Below, one piece after another: positions 1 through 8,263 of a stretch of 32,000 nt of DNA (positions are counted from its first letter, which is position 1; each line of letters begins with the position of its first letter). Source of the DNA: Candidatus Nitrosopumilus koreensis AR1. Its GTDB lineage: Archaea > Thermoproteota > Nitrososphaeria > Nitrososphaerales > Nitrosopumilaceae. Where the stretch lies: assembly GCF_000299365.1 (NCBI RefSeq), contig NC_018655.1, positions 60,001 to 92,000 on the forward strand, in the 5' to 3' direction. The position numbers and the translations under genes were made by a program. Below the pieces are notes generated by a model. It was not told the origin of the DNA and searched no databases. It saw only the letters and a list, made by a program, of their open reading frames with translations.

Positions 1-83
1 TCATAATCAATTCTTGCTACTCCTCTTCCAACATCTCTAGTGTATGCCTCTAGAACTTTGAGAGAGAGTGCATTTTGGCTCAT
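1..83 (-). CDS. cdc48: Partial CDS, N-terminus of Cdc48/VCP-like AAA+ ATPase (MSQNALSLKVLEAYTRDVGRGVARIDYD...)
   Basis: Manual reverse-strand translation from ATG at 81-83 running off the window edge; matches the conserved double-psi-barrel N-terminus of archaeal Cdc48/VAT proteins. Confidence 0.7.
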   Translation of the reverse strand, partial: MSQNALSLKVLEAYTRDVGRGVARIDY

Positions 84-188
84 ATACAAATGCCCTCTGT
101 CTAATTTTTATACCTTTGTGGTAATTTCTCTAAATGACAGGTAAAAATCACAAGCTTAAAATCCTCTTTACGTAGGAAACGATCAACT

Positions 189-923
189 TTGGGTAAGAGA
201 CCATTAGTAAGAAGACGTGGCCGTGGAGGAAATCAATTTAGATCTACATCTACTGGAAAAGTAGGCACCAAAGCAAACTATCCTCGTTTCTCATTATCTG
301 AACAACATGAAGGAGAAATTATTGATCTTGTTCATGAACGTGGAAGAGAAGCACCTTTAGCTAAAGTTAGATTTGAAGATGGATCAGTATCATTTGTTCC
401 AGCGGTTCTTGGTGCAAAAGTTGGCACAACTTTGCAATTTGGATTAAAATCAAAAATTGAAAAAGGAAATGTAATTAGCATTCAAAATATTCCTGATGGT
501 ACTATAGTCTGTAATATTGAAAAGCACTTTGGTGATGGTGGAGCAATTGTAAAATCTGCAGGAACTGATGCAACTGTTTTCTCTCATGGTGATGAAGGTG
601 TTACTGTTAAACTTCCTTCTGGAAAATTTACTACTCTAAATCCAAAAAATAGAGCCATGATTGGAACCCTTGCTGGAGGCGGATCTAGTGAAAGGCCATT
701 TATGAGTGCAGGAGGTAAATGGAGAAACTTCAAAGCTAAAGGAAAGAAATATCCAATAGTCAGAGGTGTTGCTCAAGCAGCTTATGTTCACCCACACGGT
801 GGTGGTCGTCATCAACATGTTGGGCAAAGTTCCACTGTTTCTAGAGATGCTCCTCCTGGAGCAAAAGTTGGAAGTATTGCTGCAAGAAAGACTGGTAGAG
901 CTAGAATTAAAGAAAGAAAGTAA
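189..923 (+). CDS. rpl2: 50S ribosomal protein L2 (archaeal L2/L8e)
   Basis: ORF track; MGKRPLVRRRGRGGNQFRS and AAYVHPHGGGRHQHVGQSSTVSRDAPPGAKVGSIAARKTGR are archaeal L2 signatures. Start codon is TTG. Confidence 0.97.
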   Translation: MGKRPLVRRRGRGGNQFRSTSTGKVGTKANYPRFSLSEQHEGEIIDLVHERGREAPLAKVRFEDGSVSFVPAVLGAKVGTTLQFGLKSKIEKGNVISIQNIPDGTIVCNIEKHFGDGGAIVKSAGTDATVFSHGDEGVTVKLPSGKFTTLNPKNRAMIGTLAGGGSSERPFMSAGGKWRNFKAKGKKYPIVRGVAQAAYVHPHGGGRHQHVGQSSTVSRDAPPGAKVGSIAARKTGRARIKERK

Positions 924-973
924 TTTTCTATTTGACCCAAAATTGATTAATAGCTCCAAACAATCTTTGTTAA

Positions 974-1252
974 ATGTCAAATCAACGAATTAGACTTTTT
1001 GTAACAGGTAGAGTTCAAGGTGTTTTTTTTCGTCAGACGTTGAAAACAAGAGCAATACAAAATGATGTTTTTGGATGGGTAAAAAATCTCAAAGACGGTC
1101 GTGTTGAGGCTGTTTTAGAAGGAGATGAAGAAAATGTCAGCCGTCTAGTTGAGTGGGCTCATGGTGGCCCTGCAAATGCGATAGTTGAAGATGTAGAAAT
1201 CCGTAATGAAAAATTTACTGGCGAATTTTCAAAGTTTGATGTTTTGTATTAA
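974..1252 (+). CDS. acyP: Acylphosphatase
   Basis: RLFVTGRVQGVFFRQTLKTRA and GWVKNLKDGRVEAVLEGDEENV motifs. Confidence 0.95.
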   Translation: MSNQRIRLFVTGRVQGVFFRQTLKTRAIQNDVFGWVKNLKDGRVEAVLEGDEENVSRLVEWAHGGPANAIVEDVEIRNEKFTGEFSKFDVLY

Positions 1253-1581
1253 TGAATTTGTTCGTATGCTTCTTTAATCAAATCGCCAAATTCAGAAATT
1301 TGTTGGTCTTTATTGATTTGAATAATTCCTACAGGTTCTTTTCTATTCTTCTGAATTTTTATGATCACACCTTCTTTTTGAGGCTCTATGTCTGTAAACC
1401 ATCGAAATGTCATTGATTTGCAAAAAACAACTCTGTGCATTCTGACATCTTCAACCACATTTTCTCCTAAACCAAAACAAAATTCTCTAATTGAATCAAA
1501 AAGCGGTAATACTTGAGTGGGAATTTGTTTTCTAAACTCTTCATAACTTCTTTTGTTTCCAAATGAAATCATTCCTTCCAT
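1249..1581 (-). CDS. Hypothetical protein, 110 aa
   Basis: Open frame with good codon character; no recognised domain. Overlaps the acylphosphatase 3' end by 4 nt (convergent). Confidence 0.7.
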   Translation of the reverse strand: MEGMISFGNKRSYEEFRKQIPTQVLPLFDSIREFCFGLGENVVEDVRMHRVVFCKSMTFRWFTDIEPQKEGVIIKIQKNRKEPVGIIQINKDQQISEFGDLIKEAYEQIH

Positions 1582-1674
1582 GAATTTGTAAATCTGAATT
1601 TAGAACAGGGCACGGCTGGCACCCCGATCCTACCTACTACCAATTTTTCTAAAACAAAGTATGCTATATTTGCA

Positions 1675-2589
1675 TTAGGTTTGATTCTCTTTTAGTTTCA
1701 ATACCATGTTGCAAACTGAGCATACATTTCCTGTACAATCATTGCCGCATTTCTTACAAATCATTTTTTCTTTATAGTTTGTTTCTTTTACGATGTTTGA
1801 TACTCTGAGAACTGATTGATACAAATTATTTTTAATTCCACTATGTTGTTTTTCTAATGAATTTAGAAATTCACGAATTTCTGTTCTTATTCCCTCATTC
1901 ATGTGAGGACAAGGTTCTGATTGAAATGGAATGTTATTTGTAAATGCATAAAATACTATTTCTGATTCGTATATCTCACAAAATGGTTTGATTTTTCTTA
2001 AAGAGTTTGAAGATGTATCAGGATCCATCCATCCAATCTTGTTAGTATCTCCTGAAAGCATGTTTATGACAAATGTTTGTAATGTATCGTCTAGATTATG
2101 TCCTGTTGCAATGACATCTGCGCCGATATCTTTTGCAGCATGATCAATTGCTCTTCTTCTAAGAGTACCGCAAATTGAACATGATGATGTTTTCTCATTC
2201 TCTCTCAAGTCTAACGCTTCATCGAGTGTAATCTCAAACAGATCCTTGTAAGAGTAAACTTTGTGTTCTACACCTAATTTTCCACAAAACTTTTCAACAA
2301 TTTCCAGTGCTTCATTTCTATATCCTGGAATCCCTTCATCAATAGTAATTGCTTTAATTCTAAAATTATGAGTCGATGACATTTCATGAATAATCTTCAA
2401 GAGTGCCAATGAGTCTTTGCCTCCGGATACTGCAACTGCAACTAATTCATTATTCTGAATCATTTTGTGCTTGGAAATGGTTTTTGCAGTTTTTCTTACA
2501 ATTGAATTTGAGAAACATTCAGAACATAGTTTTTGTCCTGAATACTTTCTAGTATAAACTGCTAAATTTTCACAGCCATCACATTTCAT
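1675..2589 (-). CDS. ttuA: TtuA/Ncs6-family tRNA 2-thiolation protein (PP-loop ATPase with zinc fingers)
   Basis: CDGCxxxAV...LCSECF N-terminal zinc finger, SGGKDS PP-loop, CSICGTLRRRAI, ATGHNLDD, and C-terminal CKKCG...CSVC. Confidence 0.9.
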   Translation of the reverse strand: MKCDGCENLAVYTRKYSGQKLCSECFSNSIVRKTAKTISKHKMIQNNELVAVAVSGGKDSLALLKIIHEMSSTHNFRIKAITIDEGIPGYRNEALEIVEKFCGKLGVEHKVYSYKDLFEITLDEALDLRENEKTSSCSICGTLRRRAIDHAAKDIGADVIATGHNLDDTLQTFVINMLSGDTNKIGWMDPDTSSNSLRKIKPFCEIYESEIVFYAFTNNIPFQSEPCPHMNEGIRTEIREFLNSLEKQHSGIKNNLYQSVLRVSNIVKETNYKEKMICKKCGNDCTGNVCSVCNMVLKLKENQT

Positions 2590-2632
2590 GAACTTGAATA
2601 ATTTTTTTCATTAATGATTCTTTAGGTATTTT

Positions 2633-3784
2633 CTATATTGTGAACCAACCAGATTTTAGATATGATAGGGCAATATTTAGGCCAAATAAAGCAAAAGTGA
2701 ATGCATAGATTCCCCACATTACGCCATTTACCGATTTTTCTGAAATTCTTTTATCAATTATTGTATGGATGAATTTTCCACCATCTAAAATTGGTAATGG
2801 AAGCATGTTGATTATTCCGATGAAAAATGATATCATCCAAAGCCATAAGAGAAACATTGAAACATTTGGATCATTCCATTCAATGAAATTCATTACCGGT
2901 TTGTATGCAAATGAATTATCTCTCATAATACCGATCAATCCTCTTTCTGGATCATCTGGTGCTGCCATTACTTCAAGATTAAATTCTAAAGGCTGTCCGT
3001 CTCTAAGCACGGAAACACTTGCCATATCTCCTGGATTCAAACTGGGGAAATCAACCGGACTTAAAATCGGTTTGTCATTGATTGATGTTATAATGTCGTT
3101 TGCAAGCAATCCTGCTTGTTCAGCTCCTGAGTTTTCAATGATTGAAAGAATTAGAACACCTTCTGGTAATTCATAAAATGAACTCAAAAGTGGTTCAGGT
3201 AAAACCATTGCAAAAAATGGGTTTGTAAGTAAAATTGCTCCTAAAACGAATGCAAAAATTACATTTGATGTGGCTCCTGCTCCAATTACTCTAAGCTTTG
3301 AAATTTTTTTTGCTTTGTTGAATTCTTCTTCATCAGGTTCTACAAACCCTGCAAACATTGCGATGAATATTGCAAAACCTCCTGTTTTGATCTTGATTTT
3401 TTCTAATGCTGCAACAATTCCATGTGCACCTTCGTGAATTACTAGTACAACTGGAATTGATAATAGAAAATATGTGATTGATGCAGCTGAGGTCAATGTT
3501 ACACCTGGAATCAGAACCGTCAATTCTGAGAATTCTGTTTGTGCAACAAAAAAGTTTGCAACATTATTTAACAAAAACCAAAATGCAAAACCCATCATGA
3601 GAAAACCTGAAATTACACTTACATCTGCAAAAACTCTAATTCCTCTTCTTGTCCGACTAAGAAGTTTCAAAAGTATTGAGTTGACTTGTTTATTTTTGTA
3701 AGTTAGACTGTATGCCTTTATTTCAAAACCGTGTTTTTCTAATTTTAGCCCCTTTGCAACAATGACAATAACAACCCATGCCAT
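2633..3784 (-). CDS. Site-2 protease family (M50) membrane metalloprotease with PDZ domain
   Basis: HEGAHG zinc-binding motif, PDZ-like VLPEGVLILSIIENSGAEQAGLLANDIITSINDKPI, and LPLPILDGGKF. The ORF track extends to 3970, but that extension overlaps divergent cutA; the start is likely near M63 (3784). Confidence 0.88.
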   Translation of the reverse strand: MAWVVIVIVAKGLKLEKHGFEIKAYSLTYKNKQVNSILLKLLSRTRRGIRVFADVSVISGFLMMGFAFWFLLNNVANFFVAQTEFSELTVLIPGVTLTSAASITYFLLSIPVVLVIHEGAHGIVAALEKIKIKTGGFAIFIAMFAGFVEPDEEEFNKAKKISKLRVIGAGATSNVIFAFVLGAILLTNPFFAMVLPEPLLSSFYELPEGVLILSIIENSGAEQAGLLANDIITSINDKPILSPVDFPSLNPGDMASVSVLRDGQPLEFNLEVMAAPDDPERGLIGIMRDNSFAYKPVMNFIEWNDPNVSMFLLWLWMISFFIGIINMLPLPILDGGKFIHTIIDKRISEKSVNGVMWGIYAFTFALFGLNIALSYLKSGWFTI

Positions 3785-3872
3785 TAACACATAGATAATC
3801 GAATTTTGGGTAATAAAATCAAGTTCCAAACTAATTGTAATTTTTTTAAGGTACGGACATTTATCGGTTACT

Positions 3873-4184
3873 ATGAAACCGGCAGTGATCATCTCAACAT
3901 ATCCTGATAAAAAATCAATCACAAAACTTGCAAAAGTGTTTGTAAAAAATAAGACAGTCGCATGTGTCAATATTTCTAAAATATCTTCAATCTACTCTTG
4001 GAACAAAAAAATTGAAAATACCTCTGAATACATTGCTATTTTTAAAACTACGTCAAAGAATAAGAAATTACTTGAAGAAAAAATCAAGGAAACCCATCCA
4101 TATGATGTTCCTGAAATTGCTGAAATTGATCTAGCTTCAATAAACAAACCATACCTTGATTGGCTGATAGACTCTACAAATTAA
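3873..4184 (+). CDS. cutA: CutA1 divalent-cation tolerance family protein
   Basis: Small trimeric CutA fold signature: STYPD...A..L...K.VACVNI...S.Y.W..KIE...E....KT and ETHPYDVPEI. Confidence 0.93.
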   Translation: MKPAVIISTYPDKKSITKLAKVFVKNKTVACVNISKISSIYSWNKKIENTSEYIAIFKTTSKNKKLLEEKIKETHPYDVPEIAEIDLASINKPYLDWLIDSTN

Positions 4185-5229
4185 GATTCTACTGAATATC
4201 GTAACAAGGAAACAATTCCTCCCAAACCTGTTACTCTTAGACCGATGTCTGTAGACGAGTCGACACTATACATCTTCACTCCCTTTTTCTCGACATCATT
4301 TAGAAAATCTATCATTTTTTGTTCATCATCTTGAATTGCTTTATCTGAAAAAACAAGAGACTCAACTGCTCCCATTTGGTTTGCATTAAACGTCTCATCA
4401 AAACCCATAGTGAATTTTTTACTTTTTTATTTGCAAGAAGCATAACTTCATCGATAATTGATGATACTTTTGCCAGTTTACTATCTGACATTATATCTTT
4501 CATTGTGTTGGATTTTGTAAATGTGTAAATTCCATCTTCTCCTCCGGAATCTATTCCTTCAACCACCTGTACTTTGATTTTTTGAAAATTTGGAGATTTT
4601 TGAATAAAATTTGCAAATCTTTTCTTTGTTTCACCAGGACCAAAAATTACTATCTCATCTCCATCTTTTAGAATAGTTGAAACTGCTTGTTGTACTTGTT
4701 CAAAGAATTTTTCGATGTTAAAATTAGTTTTGTATCTCTTTCCTCCAGAACCTGAATAGATATTTGGCATAAATTCTAAATGTGTTCCTCTTAATCTTGC
4801 AATTCCACTATCTCCTGTGTCTATTGCTACTAGCACAAAACCAACTTGGTTGTTACTTGATTCTAAAAGATTTTTTTCAAATGGTAACCATTTTTTCTTT
4901 GAGATTGTAATTCCATCATTAATTTTCAAAATAAATGAGTGATGTGTTCCATGTGGTACTGATTCATTACTTGATTCAGATATTGTTCCTCCGATTCTTA
5001 ATCTATCTAACACGTCATCAAGTGAAATTTTTTCTACAGTTAATGCAATTCGAACTTTAATTCTCTCTCCTTTGTCTGGCCTTGAATAGTCTTTATCTTG
5101 TTTTAGTACTCTAGTTGTATCGCCAATAACTTTGTCATTTTCTTTAATTATTCTACGTAAATTCAAAAGATCATCAGAATCTTCTGGAATTACAGAAATT
5201 AAATTATCATCAATTTTCTTTGTAATCAT
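4181..5229 (-). pseudogene. pelA: Pelota (Dom34-like mRNA surveillance protein), frameshifted into ORFs 4312..5229 and 4181..4408
   Basis: N-terminal and central Pelota domains in 4312..5229 and the C-terminal eRF1 domain 3 in 4181..4408. Adding one A near 4415-4428 gives ...LLANKK(S/V)KKFTMGFDETFNANQMGAVESLVFSDKA... Confidence 0.92.
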
Positions 5230-5261
5230 GTTGTTATTCTAGTCTACAAAGAGAAAAGAGT

Positions 5262-5675
5262 TTAGTTTGTTACTTCGTTAGCTTTTTCTTCAGATTTCTT
5301 CTTCAGGTAACTTTCAACCCAATCCAAAGTAAGAACTCCTGATTCAGCCAAATTTGTTAAAGAATTTGCAGATGCTTCACCCGTTACTTTACCATGATTT
5401 CTTTTTAATTGACGCCATTTGAGAGATGTATTGCCACTCTTTGAATTATAGATGATTCCCAGAATGTCCCTTGCATTAACAAATGTAATGTCTCTAATTT
5501 TTTTCAATGTTACTTTGTCAGCTGCTTCGACATAAATTGCACCTAGACTGTCTTCTCTTTCTGCAAATACTTCAGAGTCCTCCAAATAACTTCTTGGAGC
5601 ATAAGATTTGCATGTACTAGAGATGATGAATCTTCTAAAACTCTCTACTGATGCCGGGGTGTCAATTGCAACCAT
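5262..5675 (-). CDS. Conserved-looking hypothetical protein, 137 aa
   Basis: Open frame directly upstream of pelota on the same strand; no recognised domain. Confidence 0.75.
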   Translation of the reverse strand: MVAIDTPASVESFRRFIISSTCKSYAPRSYLEDSEVFAEREDSLGAIYVEAADKVTLKKIRDITFVNARDILGIIYNSKSGNTSLKWRQLKRNHGKVTGEASANSLTNLAESGVLTLDWVESYLKKKSEEKANEVTN

Positions 5676-5767
5676 TTTGAATGAATAATCTATTGGCCAT
5701 TTATAATATTATGTAAAATTGTTTATGCGTTGCTTGCCTGCTATTTTTCTATTTGAATATGCTTCAT

Positions 5768-5788
5768 AAGTTAATCTAAGATTAGCTT
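5768..5788. repeat. Imperfect palindrome AAGTTAATCT-A-AGATTAGCTT followed by T7, upstream of tnpB
   Basis: Arms 5768-5777 and 5779-5788 are complementary except for one G-T pair; possible subterminal left-end structure of the insertion. Confidence 0.4.
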
Positions 5789-5833
5789 TTTTTCCATCAC
5801 AGATGCTTTAAGATCAATGTGTTGGGAGTAATT

Positions 5834-7021
5834 ATGTTTACTCGGAATTATAAATTTAGATTATATCCAAATTCTAACCAAGAACGTCATTTACAAAATA
5901 ATTTGGCAGTATGCAGATGGTTATACAACAAATTTGTAAAACAAGCTAAAAAATCATTTCTTAGTAGAAATGATATGAATTATTTTTTAACTGAACTAAA
6001 ACAATCAGAACCCTGGCTTTACAACTATTACAGTAAAATGCTTCAAATGGTATCGACACAGATTGAATCGGCAGAGAAATCATTAATTAAACTAAACAAG
6101 AAAGGATACAAAACAGGCACTATAAAATTTGCGATATACAATGAATATCGTACTTTCACGTATAACCAGTCAGGATTCAAATTTGAAAAGCGTGGAGATA
6201 AAACATTATTGCATCTCTCAAAGATTGGATATGTAGAAATCAGAAGACATAGGAAATTTCCAGATAATGCAAACATAAAACAAGTTATAGTTACAAAATC
6301 CAAATCAGGAAAATGGTATGCATGTTTAACATGCGATATTGTGGAATCATTGTTCAACATTCCAAAAATTGATTTCAAAAAATCAGTCGGAATTGATGTC
6401 GGCATAAAATCATTCACGTATGATTCAGATGGTTGCTCCACACCAAATCCATTAAACCTCAAAAAGATGCTAAAACCACTTGCAAGAGCACAAAGAAAGG
6501 TATCTAGAAGAAAGAAGGGATCAAACAACAGACTCAAGGCAATACGACACTTACAGAAAATACACGAAATAATAGCAAATAGAAGAAAAGACTTTCAGCA
6601 CAAACTATCTACACAATATGCAAAAAACAATGACGTCGTATTTGTAGAAAAACTGGAAAAACTAAACATGGTAAAAAATCGTAGATTATCTAGAAGTATA
6701 ATGGATTCTAGTTGGGGAATGTTTTTGCAAAAATTGGAATACAAATGCAAACTGTTGGTTGAAGTATCATCTCAAAATACAACTATTGATTGCTCACGTT
6801 GTGGCAACAAAGTGCCAAAGGGTTTAACTGTTAGAATTCATAGATGCGGTAAATGTAATCTTGTAATTGATAGAGATTACAACGCAAGCATCAACATCTT
6901 GCAAAAAGGATTGAAAATATTTGGTCAAGATAATCTACCTCAGGAACTGTGGAAAGTAACGCCTGTAGAGATCTCTATGAGGTCTGTGAAGCAGGAACAA
7001 ATCATCCAACGTTTTAGATGA
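5834..7021 (+). CDS. tnpB: TnpB, RNA-guided nuclease of IS200/IS605 (IS1341-type) elements
   Basis: Apparently intact: FRLYPN N-terminus, SVGIDVGIKSF (RuvC D), VVFVEKL (RuvC E), SRCGNK...HRCGKC zinc finger, DRDYNASINI (RuvC D). ATG at 5834 preferred over the GTG at 5819. Confidence 0.95.
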   Translation: MFTRNYKFRLYPNSNQERHLQNNLAVCRWLYNKFVKQAKKSFLSRNDMNYFLTELKQSEPWLYNYYSKMLQMVSTQIESAEKSLIKLNKKGYKTGTIKFAIYNEYRTFTYNQSGFKFEKRGDKTLLHLSKIGYVEIRRHRKFPDNANIKQVIVTKSKSGKWYACLTCDIVESLFNIPKIDFKKSVGIDVGIKSFTYDSDGCSTPNPLNLKKMLKPLARAQRKVSRRKKGSNNRLKAIRHLQKIHEIIANRRKDFQHKLSTQYAKNNDVVFVEKLEKLNMVKNRRLSRSIMDSSWGMFLQKLEYKCKLLVEVSSQNTTIDCSRCGNKVPKGLTVRIHRCGKCNLVIDRDYNASINILQKGLKIFGQDNLPQELWKVTPVEISMRSVKQEQIIQRFR

Positions 7022-7075
7022 TAGTTCACCAAGCTTCTTGAAAGACTCAATAGGAATCTCGCTCAAACATGGTTT

Positions 7076-7136
7076 GCAGGTGGTGATGAACCTATCCCTT
7101 TGAAATGATGATGAGGATCTTGAGTTCTGAGCCTGC
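7076..7136 (+). ncRNA. C/D box sRNA (2'-O-methylation guide)
   Basis: Terminal stem GCAGG (7076-7080)/CCTGC (7132-7136) plus T-G; box C GTGATGA 7083-7089; D' TTGA 7100-7103; C' ATGATGA 7108-7114; box D CTGA 7127-7130; guide spacers acctatccct and ggatcttgagtt. Confidence 0.75.
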
Positions 7137-7171
7137 CTATGATTTTAATTGGTGATTCACTTAGAAAATTT

Positions 7172-7591
7172 ATGAACTCCCTTACTGAATATCTGACCTT
7201 TAATGTTCAATCACGTAGAGGCTTTGTCAATATTACTCCTGATATTAGAAAATTAGTAACTCAAAGCAAAGTCAAAGAAGGTTTGTGTCTTGTTAATGCG
7301 ATGCATATTACTGCAAGTATTTTTATCAATGACAATGAGGGTGGACTACTACATGATTATGAAAAATGGTTAGAAGAATTAGCACCTCATGCTCCAGTTA
7401 ATCAATACAAGCATAATGATACTGGAGAGGATAATGCAGATGCCCATTTAAAAAGACAAGTGATGGGAAGGGAAGTAGTTGTTGCAATTACTAATGGTGA
7501 ATTAGATTTTGGTCCATGGGAACAAATTTTCTATGGGGAATTTGATGGAAAACGACCAAAAAGAGTTTTAGTTAAAATAATTGGTGAATAG
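7172..7591 (+). CDS. YjbQ/UPF0047 family protein
   Basis: [36 protein letters not shown]...[38 protein letters not shown] track begins at 7139, but M12 (7172) is preferred since 7139 sits at the end of the sRNA. Confidence 0.9.
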   Translation: MNSLTEYLTFNVQSRRGFVNITPDIRKLVTQSKVKEGLCLVNAMHITASIFINDNEGGLLHDYEKWLEELAPHAPVNQYKHNDTGEDNADAHLKRQVMGREVVVAITNGELDFGPWEQIFYGEFDGKRPKRVLVKIIGE

Positions 7592-7595
7592 TTTT

Positions 7596-7760
7596 CTATC
7601 CAAAATCTGCATCACGTTTTTGACTTTGTGATTCATTCTTTCTTGCAGCAGCCCTGAATTCTTCATCATGATTTTGAGGTCCATGTCCACATTTTACACA
7701 TGCAATTTTGAACCCGTCATCATTTTTTTCATACGTTTCACATCCGCAAAAACATGCCAT
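7596..7760 (-). CDS. 54-aa cysteine-rich putative zinc-ribbon microprotein (not in the supplied ORF track)
   Basis: Manual translation: MACFCGCETYEKNDDGFKIACVKCGHGPQNHDEEFRAAARKNESQSQKRDADFG*; CxCxC...CxxCGH cysteine pattern. Confidence 0.65.
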   Translation of the reverse strand: MACFCGCETYEKNDDGFKIACVKCGHGPQNHDEEFRAAARKNESQSQKRDADFG

Positions 7761-7802
7761 GCATAGTCTAATTTCTAAGATGATATATCTTTTAGGATGT
7801 TG

Positions 7803-8261
7803 CTATGAAGATGCTTTACAACATTCTCCAACTGGAATGTCATGATCATGAGGACATTTTCTTGGATGTTTTAGCATTGTACATAATGCATCTGTAAATT
7901 GTTTGTTCATATGATGTTCTATGCCGCATACCATTTCTTCATCGATATCCACTTTGAGTGCACTATCCATCAAAACTTCTAATAATCTACTATTTCTCAT
8001 CATGCTAGAACCAATTGCTTGACCTTCATCTGTAAGTTTGACCCCTGCCTTGTTGTAAGTGACCAAATTCTTACTGTTCAGTTTTTTTAGCATTTGCACT
8101 ACACTTGGTTGTCTTACATTGAGCATCTTTGCAATTGTGCTAATTTTGACTTCTTCTCCTCTTTCTTTGATGTGCCAAATTGCTTTAAGATACATCTCCA
8201 CATGTTCAGCTTCTGCCGTTCCTACAAACAGAGTTTCTTCATCATCATCTAATACATCCAT
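7803..8261 (-). CDS. DtxR/MntR-family metal-dependent transcriptional regulator
   Basis: EMYLKAIWHIKERGEEVKISTIAKMLNVRQPSVVQMLKKLNSKNLV...GVKLTDEG and E..VCGIEHHM...; start at internal MDVLDDD since the longer ORF overlaps the upstream gene. Confidence 0.92.
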   Translation of the reverse strand: MDVLDDDEETLFVGTAEAEHVEMYLKAIWHIKERGEEVKISTIAKMLNVRQPSVVQMLKKLNSKNLVTYNKAGVKLTDEGQAIGSSMMRNSRLLEVLMDSALKVDIDEEMVCGIEHHMNKQFTDALCTMLKHPRKCPHDHDIPVGECCKASS

Positions 8262-8263
8262 AA

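Larger units (their letters stand above)
5768..7076 (+). mobile_element. Solitary tnpB element (IS1341-like), boundaries approximate
   Basis: Intact tnpB with no tnpA; palindrome upstream and hairpin CAAAC-ATG-GTTTG (7064-7076) downstream. Confidence 0.5.

Noticed and set aside
636-993. ORFs 636..980(-) and 766..993(+) overlapping rpl2
   Set aside because: Shadow frames of a strongly conserved ribosomal protein gene; no family resemblance.
1600-1650. Possible tRNA in the GC-rich spacer
   Set aside because: No cloverleaf, T-loop GGTTCRA or acceptor stem could be assembled; kept only as a weak structured-RNA candidate.
2769-3701. ORFs 2769..3176(+) and 3474..3701(+)
   Set aside because: Antisense to the M50 protease; low-complexity shadow translations.
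4181-4408. Stand-alone 75-aa protein
   Set aside because: It is the out-of-frame C-terminal domain of Pelota, not an independent gene.
6043-6537. 164-aa ORF antisense to tnpB
   Set aside because: Mirror of the tnpB coding frame, rich in F/S/L; no independent support.
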